DNA of 63,991 bases, counting the filler, from Basidioascus undulatus (lineage: Eukaryota): the NCBI GenBank assembly GCA_000826855.1. It is 5 parts of 5 records of this genome, joined end to end, with 100 filler letters (N's around TTAATTAATTAA, not from the genome) between each part and the next. Parts side by side here need not be neighbours in the genome. Positions count along the whole stretch, not along the records: positions 1 to 12,812 come from JTLS01000875.1; positions 12,913 to 25,723 come from JTLS01000876.1; 3 more parts are not named here. The stretch is one strand, 5' to 3'. Positions 1 through 13,184 of the stretch are shown piece after piece; position 1 is the stretch's first letter; every line of letters starts with the position of its first letter. The notes under the pieces were generated by a model. That model was not told where the DNA came from. It worked only from the letters and a program-made list of their open reading frames with translations, and did no database searches. The position numbers were made by a program, and so were the translations under genes.

Positions 1-1202
1 GAGCCACTAAGCGATGAAAGGGTTCAGCGACGAAAGGAGGTGTCAACCGTCAAAGTGGTGTCAAAGGCTAGATCGTCCTCTGAATCTCCAACATGTTTTT
101 CTCAATCATCGCCAAAATTTGTCTCATCAACACTAAACTCAGGTTCTTGCCAGGTTACTTTAACAATCAGACACCCACAGCATAGGAAGCGGATTCGGAC
201 AAAACAGAAATCGTTGCATGTACCCTTACAAAACTTAAGCCATGTGACAAATGTGCTAGAATATGGCTGTTGAACACTGCGCCAGAGCCTTTGCTATCGC
301 TGTCAAAGAAGTGAAATACTAATAACCGGACATGCCTTACCTTGTCCCAAAACGGGTTGGACTGACAAAAAGGGGAGTAACTAAATGTTTTGGTGGCTTA
401 TAATATTGCCCATTTTCACATCTTCTGCCACAACTCTGAGGTCAGTCGTACGCGTGTTTCGCCCACGAGAGGCAACGAAACGAGAACCTCATCTGCACAA
501 GGGCGCCTGCGCCTTCAGCACAGATATGTTTAAAAGAGCCTGAAAAGCTGGTTCTACCGTTGAAACCCTTTCTGGGTAGTATGATGAGCAGCAGCTGAAG
601 AGGATGGACGTAACCTGCAGAGCAGGCCGGCTGTTGGCCGCTTCAGCTCGAACGCGCAATACCGTCTGTATGTGTGGATATAAATAAAACAAGCCAACAG
701 TCACCACTAATGAGAAACAAATCAATCAAGTAGATGGGCGCAGGTTTCCCGGCTCGAAAAGTCGTCTCCCTGTGTACGCAGCTGCGCTCTCTGCCCTTCT
801 GACAGTAGGGTGCTTTTCATTCATGTGGCAACGCCTGCTTAGACTATCGCTAGGACCAAGATGATCTAGAAGGAGTAGTATGATGTCATAAAAACAGGAA
901 AAAGTACGGCTTACACTGCCTTTCGCCTTTCGTCGTCGGTCGGCACACTGGCAAGTGCCTAGAGCCCCTCGAGTAGTCGATCGACCTGACATTCAGTTTC
1001 TTTGATAGTCAGTTTCGCCGACGCCCAATGTAATAGCACCTAGTTCGAATGCCGCAAAGAGGAACATCGCAACTGATAGCTGAGCGTTAGCACCCTGGGC
1101 TCCGTGCACTGCGCCTCGAACTTTCTCTCCGATACCGCAGGACTGCGCGTCCCGTCACACGCACTCTCAAAATGTAAAACAAAGGGGTATGATGCATGCA
1201 CT

Positions 1203-2956
1203 CTAAACCGATATAGTCTTAGCGACGTTGAACCCGTCCGCGGCGGTGGTGACGAAGCAACCCGGAATCTGGGAGTGCCAGTGCGCCTCTTTGATGTCTT
1301 TCTGGCCCTGGTGGACAAAGAGCAGCTGCGGGGGCACCTCGCCCTCAGCCATGTCGATCGCGCCGCCCTGCTCGTCCTCGTCGACCTCGACGGCCAGGTC
1401 CCACAGCGTCACCTGGTCGTCGGCGCCCGAGGCCATCAGCACGGAAGCTTCGGACGGGTGCCACTCGATCGACGTGATCGGCGCGGTGTGCCAGTTGAAC
1501 TGCGCGACGGGCGAGGGGGCCGCGTCGGGTGCACTGCGGGGACGAAGAATCACAGTGTCAGGACGGAGGCGGAAGAGTGGAAGAAGATGGAGTGAAGGAA
1601 GACGCACGGCTTGAACGTCCGCAGGTCCCAGACCTTGATCCCGCCCTCGTCGCCGCCAGATGCGAGGAGGTAGCTCGTTTGGCGGTTCCAGCTGATGACG
1701 TTGACGTCCGCGTCGTGCGCCTGGATAGAGAGGACGCTCTTGCGGTTTCGGACGCGGGTGTCCCACACGCGGACGGTCTGGTCGGCAGACGCGCTCGCAA
1801 AGACAGTCTCCTCGCTCGGGCTCCACTGGAGGTCCTCAACGCTGCTGGTGTGCCCAGTGTACGCGCCGGCGCTGGGCGTCAGCCCGTTCGCGCCGATCGT
1901 CGAGAGGTGGATCTTCCCTGCGCAGTCGCCCGAGAGGAGACGCAGGTCCGCCGCGCGCAGAGACCAGTCGAGCGCGAACCCTTCCTCGCGCCCGTGAGAG
2001 GAGATCGTGAACGCGGGCTTGGACGCCGCGACGCGGTCGTACACGTGCCCTGGGTTCGCGAGCGAGAGCAGCTGCGGGCGGATGTCGAAGATGTGCACTT
2101 TGCCCGTGTCCGCCCAGGTCGCGACGTAGTAGGGCGTAGTGGGGGAGGAGGCGGCGGAGGTCGGGGAGAGCGTGGGGGGGACGGGCTGCGCGCGGATGCG
2201 GTTCACGCCGCCGCGGTGAGGGATGGAGCGGTGCTCGAGGATGGCGTCGTCGTCGGGTTGAGAGGTGTCGTCTTCATCGTCGGAGAGGTCTGCCGCGCTC
2301 CATGCGTTTCAGCATCCCATGCCCATCCTCATTGAAAGGAAGTCCACCACTCACCGTCGTCGTTCTGCGTCCTGTACAAGCTCGCCCAGTGCATGACCAG
2401 CACTTCGTTCGCGTCGCCCTGGGCCTGGGTGCCCGAAGTGACGTACATCTCGGCGGGGAAGGTCTTGCGCTCGTCGCCGAGGCCGTCGCGGAGAATATCG
2501 AACGAGAGGCAGGGCCACTGGACGTTCATGCGGTGGAGCATCTCGTACACGGTCTGGTCGGGCTCGAGCACCTCGCCCTCGCCGAGCTTGTGCTGGTGCG
2601 GGATGTACACCTGCGCGGCGGGCCCGCTCTCCTCCTCGTCGTCCTCGTCTTCTTGCGCGGGCTGGATGTCGTCTTCGAATTGCATCTCTGAAAGCGCAGG
2701 TGTGCGTCAGTACCCAAACCCGTCAGCAGGGGCCGCTCAGCACGCCAGGCCAGCTCTGGGTCCCCTAATAGTCTCAAGACTCACCATCATCGTCGCCAGC
2801 ATCCACAACCTCGCCATCGCTCTCCAGCTCGTCCTCCCAGCGGTCTTCGAATTCTCCCATCCCCTCATCGTCCTCCATCTCACGGCGGTCCTCGCCCGGC
2901 CGGCCCTTGGCGGCATTCGGGGGCGGCGGGGGAGACGAGGGACGCTTTGGCGGCAT
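1203..2956 (-). CDS. RRB1: Ribosome assembly protein Rrb1 / GRWD1 (glutamate-rich WD40), multi-exon
   Basis: Acidic N-terminus (MPPKRP...DDEGMGEFEDRWEDELE); CAF1C/H4-binding-like segment LEPDQTVYEMLHRMNVQWPCLSFDILRD; WD40 repeats GHTSSVEDLQWSPSE, AHDADVNVISWN, WHTAPITSIEWHP; C-terminal PPQLLFVHQGQKDIKEAHWH. GT-AG introns join the ORF pieces. Confidence 0.93.
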
Positions 2957-3204
2957 TGTTGATGTGAGGAATTAGGGAGTAAGATAGAAAACAATTGAGT
3001 GTTAGAAAGTGGCAAGAAAGTGGGCGTAGAATGGAGAAGTGAGTGTAGGCAAGAAGCGAGAAGCCTTGCCTTCGCATCCGTCCCAACATTTTCCCCTTGA
3101 CCTTCCGCGGTCTCCCGGCGGTTGCTCCCGGCCCTTTTCGTGCTCCCTTCGCGTCTTCTCCCTCCGACTATCCACCATCCACCTACCCTCCTCCTCAATC
3201 CCCA
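2957..3204. promoter_or_regulatory. Short divergent (bidirectional) promoter region between RRB1 and RSM25
   Basis: Head-to-head ATGs at 2956 (-) and 3205 (+) are separated by 248 bp, with pyrimidine-rich leaders on each side. Confidence 0.55.
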
Positions 3205-4089
3205 ATGCCCCGCCGCGTAGCATCGCAGGTGCACTCTACAGTCTCGCGCCTCCTGAGTGGGTCGTACTTTGTGTCCCCCCCGACCTGGTACGACGCCGTT
3301 CTCCGGCACCCGCCCGCCCCGCTCTTTTCCCGCGACGGCGAGCGCAAGCCCAAGCGCATCACCTACGCCGAGGACTCCATCCGCCGCCAGTTCTTCCGCG
3401 ACTTCCCCTTCGAGGCCCTCAAGCCCCGCACGCTCGCCGAGGGGTGGACCGCCAGACAGGAGCATGGGCGTCCGACGGGGCGCGAGTGGACCGAGCTGAG
3501 GCAGTGGGGGCGGTTGCCGAGCGCTGAGGAGTGCGTTGCTCTCATCTTTGTGTGGTTCAAGCCTGGGGGGAACCGGGAAGGCTGACGTGGAGGACGATAC
3601 AGCACCATCGCCTTCACCCTGAACCTGCACAAGCACCACGACCTGTCGCTCGCGAACGCGTACATGCTCGCGACCGCGCAGTTCGCCGCGCTGCGGGCCG
3701 AGCACGAGACCGCGTCCATGTACGCCGCACTTGAGGCGGAAGCGCACGGGGACGTGTTCGCGCCAACCGAGATCCGCCGGGGCTTCAACGTCGAGCAGCG
3801 CTACCTGTCCGCGAGCCAGAAGCAGACCGCCGGCGGCGTGGACGCGAGCAAGCCCCGCCCCGAGGTGCCTCTCCTCACGGAGGGCGTCACGATGAGCGCG
3901 CACGCGGGCGAGTGGACCGGCGGGCAGGGGTACGAGATGCGGAGGCGGGAGGGTGTGCGCATGCCCGAGCAGGCTAGGGCCGACCCCCTGCCCGCCGTGG
4001 AGGACGTGCTGGGCCAGCAGGCGGGCAAGGAGGCCGTCGACTTTATGGGACTGTTGGACGAGAAGCAGCCGGCGGGGTCGAGGGTTTAG
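3205..4089 (+). CDS. RSM25: Mitochondrial small-subunit ribosomal protein mS23 (Rsm25), 2 exons
   Basis: MPRRVASQVH...PPTWYDAVLRHPP...KPKRITYAEDSIRRQFFRDFPFEALKPRTLAE, then LSLANAYMLATAQFAALRAEHE. Intron about 3532-3602 (GTGCGT...ACAG). Confidence 0.88.
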
Positions 4090-5408
4090 AGGCACATTGC
4101 ATTGCATATGGTATGACTGTACATTGAGGATGCCGAGTCTCGCGTGGCTGCGTTCCTAGCATCTCTTTTCGTGGAGCTGAAATCCTTTAAATCCTTTTGT
4201 CAATGAAGGTTCGTGGCTGAGGGACCGGCGGGCAGTTGTGTGCGGACTCTCAGTGAAGCATTGCAGGGACACTCGCATGGCAACGCCACACCTTGCCGAG
4301 ACTGCGTGAGATTGCGCAATACAGCCTCTGAGGCGCCCATTAATCCTACTGGTTGACTCCATTGATTGAGCCAAACCAAGGCCCGGCACGTGAAACAATG
4401 CCAGCACTCGTTCAGTTCGCAGTCAGCAGGTTGCATTCGATGCCTTGGAGTTGGTTTTGCATCTGTACTGCACGCAAACGCTGAGTTAAGAAGACAGACA
4501 GTGCTCTGCTCAGACCTCAATGTTTGTTTGCATCTTTTGAACAGTGGTAAGGCGCCTTCGCCTTGAAAAGCAGTGGGGTGCAGCGGTCGCTACCTGACCT
4601 GGTTCGGTGTGCAGGATCGTCGCCGGAGTAACGCATGCCCAGGGGCAAAGAAACTGGCTCCCGCACGGGCTCCGTCATTTTTTTGTGTAGCAATACGAAC
4701 AGTCGCATCTTGAAAAGAGGCATGCGGGCGGTCGCAACTGTGGCGGCTGGAGAAGGGCTCTCGCCTCCTGGACGAAACATCAGGGGCATGGTGCATCGAA
4801 CACATAGAGCTTTTATGAAGGTCATCTTCCCTTCGTTTGAGGCTGGAACACGGGCGACAGCGTACTTCGAGCTGGCAGGAAGGACATATGCCACTCGAAG
4901 TATGAGAATGCTTCGTTCGAGTGTTCCCTCTTGGACATGACCTCCCAAATACAGACGCTTGTGAGCTACAGTCAAATTTAAAGTTTGGGAAATCTTGGCT
5001 GCACTCAATACTTCTCCCTCACACGGGCGCATGATCTCGGTCTTCGCACGCAGACGGAGAAGAGGACGCTTTGGACTGCACAGCCCTTCGGGGGCATTCG
5101 TTCCCGACTTTCACACGTGGGTTCGTCTTTATGGATTGATACGATCTGACCGAATACATAACTTGATGCTGCTGTGCTAGGTCGGGCAAGACTTCAACTT
5201 GCCGAATGCGGACGCCCGCCTGCTTGCACCGTTATCACGCTAACAGGCGACGTCATAGTGTGCCTGGTCTTCGCCAGTTCCTCGTTCGTGTGCAGCTTGG
5301 CGCGTTCGCGCACACTGCATAAAAGACTAGCATGCTTCAGTCCCTCCAATCCTGTTGCTCTCCTACGTCGACCTTCTCACTTTCAAGACCTCAAGACCTC
5401 AAGACTTG

Positions 5409-7874
5409 ATGCTGAACACGAAACTTACCGCCTCACTCGCTTTACCTCTTTTCACTTTCGCCATCGCGCTCCCTTCGCCTTTCTCGTACACTGCCAGGCA
5501 GAGCGGCGACAACGACTGCAAATGCATTCCGGAGGACGCGTGCTGGCCGAAGGGGCAGGAATGGGCCCAGTTCAATCGGACGCTGGGTGGGAAGCTGATC
5601 GCGACGCTTGCGGTGCGCCCCCATTCTATGTATTTTCTTCGCGCGACATCTTGCTGAAGATGTCCGTGGTCGTGGGCGGGTAGCCTGGCGCGGTCTGCCA
5701 CGACCCAACCTTTTCCTCCGACGCATGCGCCGAAGCACAGTCTGCGCTGTACTACAACTCCTACTGGCGGGCGTGCGTTCCTTTCCACGATTCTCCCTCC
5801 TTCCCACAACTTCTACTTCAAACTCTGACCCCCCCACCCCTCTGCTCCTTCGTTTCTGCTCCCGCAGCGCTCAGCCGGGAGCGATGCAATACACAGGCTG
5901 GGAAGCCTTCGACGACCCCGCGTTCTGCTCCGTCAACACGACGCGCGATTCGCGCTGCCCGCAGGGCGACGTCTCGGTCTACACCGTGGCTACTGTGTCG
6001 GCCGAGGACGTCGCGGAGGCGATCAAGTTTGCAAAGGCCGCAAATTTGAAGGTCGCGGTCAAGTCGACGGGGCATGACCAGTATGTTTGTCGCTGTGCAT
6101 GATAATGGGCGCACGCAGTAGAAGGGATATGTTGACGGTTTGCTGTGAAATAGCCAGGGACGCAGCGCCGCCAAGGGCTCATTGACGATCTGGACGCAGC
6201 CAATGAAAAACATGACATTCTCCGAGGCATATTCGCGCGCTGGCGACTGTCCTCGCACCCTGGAAGCCAGTACGCTCACCTCTCCGTTCGGACACTTTCG
6301 TGAGCCCCTACATTACTTACGCCGCCTTGCGCACTTTCAGTCCCAGCGGTATCTGTTGCACCCGGCATCTCGTGGGCCGAGGCGTATGCCTTTACCAACG
6401 ACCACGGGTATGTCCCTGTTGGAGGCGGGGGAACCTCGGTGTCCGCTGCGGGCGGCTATGTGAGTTCTCTCACCTGCCCACTTTCCGCTGTGATTGCTAA
6501 TCCTTCTGATGTATAGGTCGGGGGAGGTGGCCACTCGCCGCTCGGTCCACAGTTTGGAATGTCTGCGGACAATGGTCAGCTCTTCCTTTCCATAAAGCTT
6601 TGACCACCATCCACTGACACTTTCCTCTTGCACACAAATCGTTCCAGTGCTTGAGGTATGCACGTCCAGCTCCGCCTTTCCGTAAAGCTTTCGCGTGACA
6701 CTTTCCGCTTGCACACGAAACGTTCCAGATGGAGGTCGTCACCGCTGACGGCGAAATCAAGATCGCGAACGACTGCTTGAACCAAGACCTCTTCTTGGCT
6801 CTCCGCGGTGGCGGCGGAGGGACTTACGGGGTAGTTACTCGCGTCACGCACCGGTGGGTCTTTCATTCCCTCCTGTCAGCAGACTCGCTTACCCCCCTGC
6901 ATCCCGACAGGCTATACCGCTCGGCTCCCCTCCTATTCGGCTTCTTCAACGCTAACTTCACGTCCGACTCCTCCCTCACGCAGTCCATCATCCGGCGTGC
7001 GAATCGCGCTGTCTTCCCCCTCACCGAATCCGGGTGGTCCGGCTACGCCCGTCTGTATCACCCTAAGGGCCTCTACTACGCCCTGATCAACCCCTCGCTC
7101 AACGCGTCCTTCTCCCCGCTCTCCGACCTCGCTTCTTCCCTCCCGCAGGGCGTCGCTATTGCCACAACCATCCCGTACCCCTCCTTCAACGCGTGGTTCG
7201 CAGACACCATCGGCAAGAACAACGAGACATCTGGGACGCCCACGACCCTCGGCTCGCGGCTCCTCCCTCCCTCCGTGTTCGCCTCGGAGACGGAGGTGGA
7301 TAAGCTTGCCGACGCCTTGTGGGAGGCACGCGACTTCGCACCGATTGTGCACTTCGTCGCGGGCGGGGAGGTTGCGAGGAAGGAGGAGGGATGGAGCGCG
7401 GTGAACCCCGCTTGGAGGAAGGCACTGGCGCAGGTGGTGATCAGCTCGGGATGGGAGGAGGGGGCGGCCAAGGAGGAACAGCGGAAGGCATTCGAGGAAA
7501 TCTCGAGCCTTACCGACAGATTTAGGGAGCTCGCGCCTGACAGCGGAGCGTACACGAACGAGGTAAGCGCGCTGGCGCTCGTTTTTCTTGAGAGTGTTGC
7601 TCATTCAGTACTGGCACTTCCTAGGCGGACTACCTCGAGGTGCGCATCCGCTTCCCCTCCTCTTGACAATCGCGTATCCAGATCCTCCTACGTCCCCAAC
7701 CGACTGAATCTATATGATCGAAATCTACAGCCGGACTGGCAGCAATCCTTCTTCGGTGCGCACTACCCGCGCCTCGCCGAGATCAAGAAGGCAGTCGACC
7801 CCGATGGGCTGTTCTGGTGCCACCACTGCGTGGGGAGCGAGGAGTGGGACGAGGAGGGGACGTGTAGGGTTTGA
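5409..7874 (+). CDS. Secreted FAD-binding berberine-bridge-enzyme (BBE)-like oxidoreductase, multi-exon
   Basis: Signal peptide then CKCIPEDACWP..EW.QFN.TLGGKL; VKSTGHD (FAD-linking His); [45 protein letters not shown]; BBE C-terminus GAYTNEADYLEPDWQQSFFGAHYPRLAEIKKAVDPDGLFWCHHCVGSE. Confidence 0.92.
6575..6728 (+). repeat. Two homologous 73-nt introns (6575-6647, 6656-6728) flanking an 8-nt micro-exon
   Basis: Shared blocks cagctc..cctttcc.taaagcttt and tgacactttcc.cttgcacac.aa.cgttccag. The micro-exon TGCTTGAG restores the conserved [10 protein letters not shown]. Confidence 0.85.
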
Positions 7875-8359
7875 TTTTGAGAAGTCTCGCCCCTGTCAGT
7901 TGGATTTGAGATGATGTGAAAAGGACGCTTTTTTTTACCATCATTTGCCTTACTTGTAATGTAAGCACACACGGGCGTGTATGCTTTGCTGGTTCTTGCA
8001 CAGGTAATTCCGATGCTTTAACTCTATCTGTCTAATGAAATGTACATTTACGCAGGCTTTATCAGTTGTGTGTTGGTATAACGCTGGTAAGCTCGACGTT
8101 ACACTACATCGCGCATAAGGACCAGCTTGAACACAAGCCTACTCTCGCAGCCATTCTGCCAATGCCTTACACCCCGCCTGTTGAGATTGACAGCCTATAA
8201 CTACCCTAACTGAAGCTTATGGATGCTCTTAAAGATCTCAAAACTGGTTCAACGTGAATGGTCGCACAACAGCGACGATGATCCAACCTTTTCGGTACAG
8301 GTTTCCGTCCATCTAAAAGCGTTTCATCTTGGTCACTGTTGTCTCACACACAACACACA

Positions 8360-9545
8360 GAATCCCATCGGTCTGGCACTTGCCAGTGTCATGTCACCCG
8401 CTGTGACCACGGATGCCAACTCCGTCAACTTCGGCGTATGTCTCGGTCTTGTCGCTGGGCTTGAATTGTGGCTGAAGCCTTGGACAGTTCCTCGTTTTCG
8501 CAATCATTTCCACCATCGATCGTTGTTGGCGTCTTTGGTGCTCGACAAGCCCCCTACGCCCCCAAGTACAGCTTGAGGTGTATCAGAGTCTGCCGAGCTA
8601 GCGAACGCTGACCCCATCCTCCCGCGCCTCCCGGTGAAGCTCGCAGCGCCGCGACCGCCCGCTCCGCCTACACGAGTCCTTCGTCAACTTTTGCACCTTC
8701 CGGCGAAGTTGCTTTCAAGAATGACGAGCTGCATCATATCACAACCAGGCAGAGGATCGATCTGTGGATCATCTTCATAGTGTTGTTCAGCCAACTCGTC
8801 TCAAATTTCCAAAGTGCGTGCCTGCTGCTTACTTCCTCTTCTGCTCCATCGCTCACTGAATGCGAGTCGGCAAAGGTTCAAACAAATTTCATATCCCAAA
8901 TTTTTGTACATTGACACACCTGTCTTTCCTTCGTTCCGCGCATGAGGATTGACCCACTTGTAGACGCCCTATGGGTACTCCGCCGACACCCCTGGCCTCT
9001 TCGCGTTGGCCGCCATCGTAGCAGGCTTGCTTGCCTCTTTCATCCTCGCGCCAGTGTTTTACCGCTACCTCACGCATCACCTCGCTCTATGCGCTAAAAT
9101 TTGCGTTCCCCTCATCGCCGCCACCTACCTTGCCCTCATATGGGCTGTCAAGCGCAACCCCGACGCTGCGCTACGCTCTACGCCTGCTTCGTCCTGGTGC
9201 CGAGCTTTCTGCTTCTGCCAGTCGGCCTCGAGATCCCTGCCGAAATCACAAGAGCGCCGGAGACGAGCACCGCTGTGCTCTATTGGAGCTCGAGTCTTTT
9301 CACGTTCATCTACACGCCCAAAGTGCATGCTCCCGCAGTGTTTCTACCCCGCTTACGTCTCTTGTCCAATTCTCGACCACCTCCGGGCGAGCAGTAATGC
9401 CCACCCTCCCGAAAATATGCGCAACGCCCTCATCTTTCTGGCCGTCGCTGCTATCGTATGCGCTGCGATCGTCCAGCTTGCCGAGAAAAAACAGAATCCG
9501 ACGTGAGAGGGACGCAGTGGCACAGTCGGATGCGGACAGCGGTTG
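8360..9545 (+). pseudogene. Degenerate MFS transporter (FLVCR/SLC49-like)
   Basis: TM fragments occur in shifting frames: NPIGLALASVMSP; IVAGLLASFILAPVFYRYLTHHLALCAKICVPLIAATYLALIWAVK; LLPVGLEIPAEITRAPETSTAVLYW; NMRNALIFLAVAAIV. The frame changes near 9170-9330 have no intron to explain them. Confidence 0.6.
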
Positions 9546-10949
9546 AGAACATGCGCTGTTGAGATTTCTTTGCTTAAAAATGGGAAATCACTTGGATATC
9601 TTATCCGAGATGGATTTGTGGCGCAAGAAGCCGTCAAACCTGAAAGGAGAGGTGACTCCACGTACACTTGGCACTTGCTGCTTAGTTGCAAGTTTCACCA
9701 TGGACTGTGAACCCTGCTTTCGTATAACATCGTGATTTTACCACATCTCTGGAACACATTTACTCAGCAAGTTGTCCCAACGAGGCATTGCACGCGGACG
9801 TCCTGGACGTCCCAAGCGTCGAAGGTTGTTTTTCGAGCATCGGAGCCGCGTGCCAAATGCGCAGAATCCATGCGGAACGGCACGGCGCGCAAAGACCTTT
9901 GACTGTCTGAAGAAGATGTAAGGCACTTGACTCCCCTTGACTGGTATGGGAGGATCAAGATCGTGCACCAAGCCACCACATCGCGCATATTGTACACATT
10001 ATTCATTCACAGCGGGAAATGGCTTTGTGAACGGGTCACTGGCCTTGCAGCGATTCGAAACTCAGGAGCTGGTCCAGTTCTACAATGGTCCCCAAGCTCG
10101 TTACTCCAGGATACAGCAAGAACAGGCTGTCGAGCGGACTGCCGCAAGCCACGATGGCGAGGCCGGCGTTGCCTAGCATGCGTACGGGGCTTTTGCAATC
10201 CTGCCTCTCGCTAGGCTGAAGCGCCCATCGAATTCATTTCTTCACTCTTCCTTCCCGCATTAGGGAAGCCCCGCACGTGCAGGACCTCCACCAAAGCAGG
10301 ACCAAGGCTACAATTGCCGTATGTCGGGTCCTCGTTCCAGGACCTATCTACCTTCTCACCCACCCTGAGGTCTTCCCGTCCTAGCACCCCCGCACCCAGG
10401 CACCGCGGCATGTCACCCCCTGCGACACCGCCTGGCTCTCGCGCAGCGCCCAGAGCGCGCTCTTGAAAGAACGAAACTGGCGCAAGCTGAGCAAGCGTAT
10501 CAAGGCTCTGCGCGCGGGGATGGCTGGCACGGCCTTTCATGCGAGAACGCCTGCGAAGCTGAGGAGGCTTTGCCCTGGTCTGAGCCTTAACGGGTGGGCG
10601 GGAGAGCCGAGGAAGAACGCGAAATGAGCCTGGTGCAGAGATGCAAGCGCAGGTCGTCTAAGAGGGTGGACTGATATTGATCGAGTGGTGGATACGAAAG
10701 CCGTCTGAAGTACGAGAGACGCGGGAAAAGTGATGTTAGGGGATGGTCAATGATGTTGTGCGAAGAAATGTAGATGTGTGATGATGAGCGTTCCATAGAT
10801 CCTGTCGATCGATTGTGAGTCTCTTGGAAGGCGCGGAGGGAGCTTTACAGTCGTCCAGCCAGTACGTTTCCCCGTCCTTCATCACATCCATCACCCACCG
10901 ATCCTCTTTCGCTCCTCTCGTCCCCTAAATGCGCTTTCCCCGCAATCTG

Positions 10950-12812
10950 TCATTGCCAAGTCGTCCCCCACTTCTTCAGAGGGCCCGGCACGTCCTTGTA
11001 CTCCTTATCGCGCAGCACAAGCGCGTCCTTGATCTCGCCCGGATCGAGAGCGCACCGGTACTTGGCGTAAGTGCGCATCTCCCCCGCGGCCTGATTGACA
11101 GATCCCACCGGAAGGAACAGCGCGAGCGAGACGAGTTGGTCGAAGGCCTTGGTTGCATAGCGATTGTCAATCACGACGGCGACTGAAGAGGGAAAGGGGA
11201 GGAAAGTTGGAACGCACGGCAAGCATCAGCCCCCTCTCCCAAATAGCCCTTCCGATCGTCCCCCGGCCGGCCAAGCTTCCTTCCCCAGTAGGCATCGCCG
11301 CCCTCCTCCGCTCCCATGCGTCGTACGCGGCGTAGACTTGCTCGAACGTGAAGACTTCCACGTCGGTGTTGGCGAGGTGTCGCGTGGCGATGACGAGCGC
11401 AAGGGCGGGATGAGGAAGGCCGTGCAGCGCGTGAGGCCGCTCGGAGGGGCGCTGGGAGAGCGAGGATTGGCGAAAAGACAAGGAGTTGGGGATGGGGTCC
11501 TGCGGAGTGAGACAGGCGATGGGGGCGGCCTGCAGGATTGGCCGGCGTCAGATAGGCGCAAGAGGGTAGAGGGCAACGAGGAGACGAACGAGGATCCGGA
11601 AGAGGATTCGCACGTCCGCGAAGAGGTCGTGTGTAATTTGAAGGGTCATGTTGAAGTCGGGATTATTAAAGAGGTTCTGGTTAAGCGGCCTGCATCAGCT
11701 TGACCGTTCCCCCTTGTTAAACACTTCCACCTCACTCACATCCATCTCCTGCTCCCACAGCTCCTCGAACTCCGTCTCCGCCTCCTCGTCCTCCCCTGTA
11801 TACTGGAAGCGTAGCGCATCGCGGGCCACTTCCTCCCAAGCCTCGAACGCCGATGGCCGGCTGACATGCACAAGCCGATGCGAGAATCGGCTCTTGACAC
11901 GCTTTTCGAGCTGTTCCACGCAGTCCTAAAGGCTCCACTCCTTGCGTCAGCTGCATTGCGCTATCCAGCAAAAGAATGGAGATTGACGCACCACGCGAGC
12001 TGTCGTGCCGACCACGCTCAGCCCGCCGCGCCGTCGGCCGCCCTGCACGCAGTCGAGCAGGCAGTAGAGGAGCGCCTGGCGCGGGTGCTCTGCAAAGAGG
12101 TCGAACTCGTCGAGGATGATGACGATTGGGAGGATAGACGAGGAGAGGAGTGCGAGGAGGGCGGTGAGCGTGGATTGGGACTGTCAGGACAGCGTCGTCA
12201 GTCTAGTCGCAAGAGACTGTGATGAGTTGAGGGCCAGACCCACCAGGTCGATCGTTGGTTCGTCTGCGTCGTCGCCATCGAGAAGTGAAGGATCTGTCAC
12301 CGCTCCGCCTTGCTCGCGGAGCTGCCGCGCCATCTCGCGCAGCGCAAGACGGTCTGTAGTTTGCAGGAGGCCCGACAAGCGAAGGGTGAGGAAGCGGTTG
12401 TGAGATAGGTGGGAGAGCGCGTGCGAGATGGCCTGTACATCACAGACCGCCGATCAATACATAAATATGGATATGGAAGGGGAAAGACAGACTCACAAGC
12501 GTCTTGCCCGCCCCACGTCCTCCCATGACCAGACAGCTGTTCCCCTCCCCCCTCTCCACCGTGCCCTTCAACAGCACGACCAGCTCGCGCACTGGCCCGG
12601 CAATCCCCAGGTCGTCGGGAATGTCGCTCGCCTTGCCCTTTCCCTTAGACGGCGTAGGGACAGGGGTGGGGAGGGCGCTGATGTCCCGGCAGGGAAGGGA
12701 GGTGCGGTTGTAGAGGATGGAGAGGATGCGGCGCTTGTGGGCGAGGAAGACGGGGACGAGGTGAGGAGGCAAGGCGGATGACGGCGGTGCTATGGCGAGG
12801 GAAAGAGCATAG
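10950..12812 (-). CDS. ORC4: Origin recognition complex subunit 4 (5' end lost in gap)
   Basis: LLKGTVERGEGNSCLVMGGRGAGKT (Walker A); RLSGLLQTTDRLALREMARQL; IILDEFDLFAEHPRQALLYCLLD (Walker B); LEQLEKRVKSRFSHR; winged-helix C-terminus ending LKKWGTTWQ*. Confidence 0.92.
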
Positions 12813-12912
12813 NNNNNNNNNNNNNNNNNNNNNNNNNNNNNNNNNNNNNNNNNNNNTTAATTAATTAANNNNNNNNNNNNNNNNNNNNNNNNNNNNNNNN
12901 NNNNNNNNNNNN
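12813..12912. other. Artificial contig spacer (N44-TTAATTAATTAA-N44)
   Basis: Six-frame-stop 12-mer embedded in Ns; identical in form to the three other gaps. Confidence 0.97.
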
Positions 12913-13184
12913 ACCCCCGCCCCGCCCCGCACAGCATCGCCATCGTCGGCCCTCCCGCGCCAGGCGAGAAGGGCGTGACCTCGTCCGGCGGGTTCCGGAT
13001 CCTCGAGGGCGACAAGGTGAAGCCGTATATCGACGCGCTCGGGCAGGAGGCGGGCGAGCCCGCCGACGACGACCAGAGCGCGCCTGCCGTGCCTGCCGCC
13101 GGCGAGGGCGCTGGCACGCAGCAGGCCCAGCAGGCGCAGACGCATGGGGCTGCGACGGAGGAGGACGTACAGATGCAGGAGTAG
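12913..13184 (+). CDS. PRE5: 3' end of 20S proteasome alpha subunit (alpha6/PRE5, PSMA1-like)
   Basis: SIAIVG...FRILEGDKVKPYIDAL followed by an Ala-rich tail ending EEDVQMQE*, resembling the alpha-type-1 C-terminus. Only the last exon is visible. Confidence 0.6.

Noticed and set aside
4100..5300. 171-aa ORF (4517-5032) and overlapping ORFs
   Set aside because: No motif, codon bias or splice support.
5383..5406. TCAAGACC x3 just before the BBE start codon
   Set aside because: Simple short tandem repeat in the 5' leader with no spacers, so not CRISPR-like.
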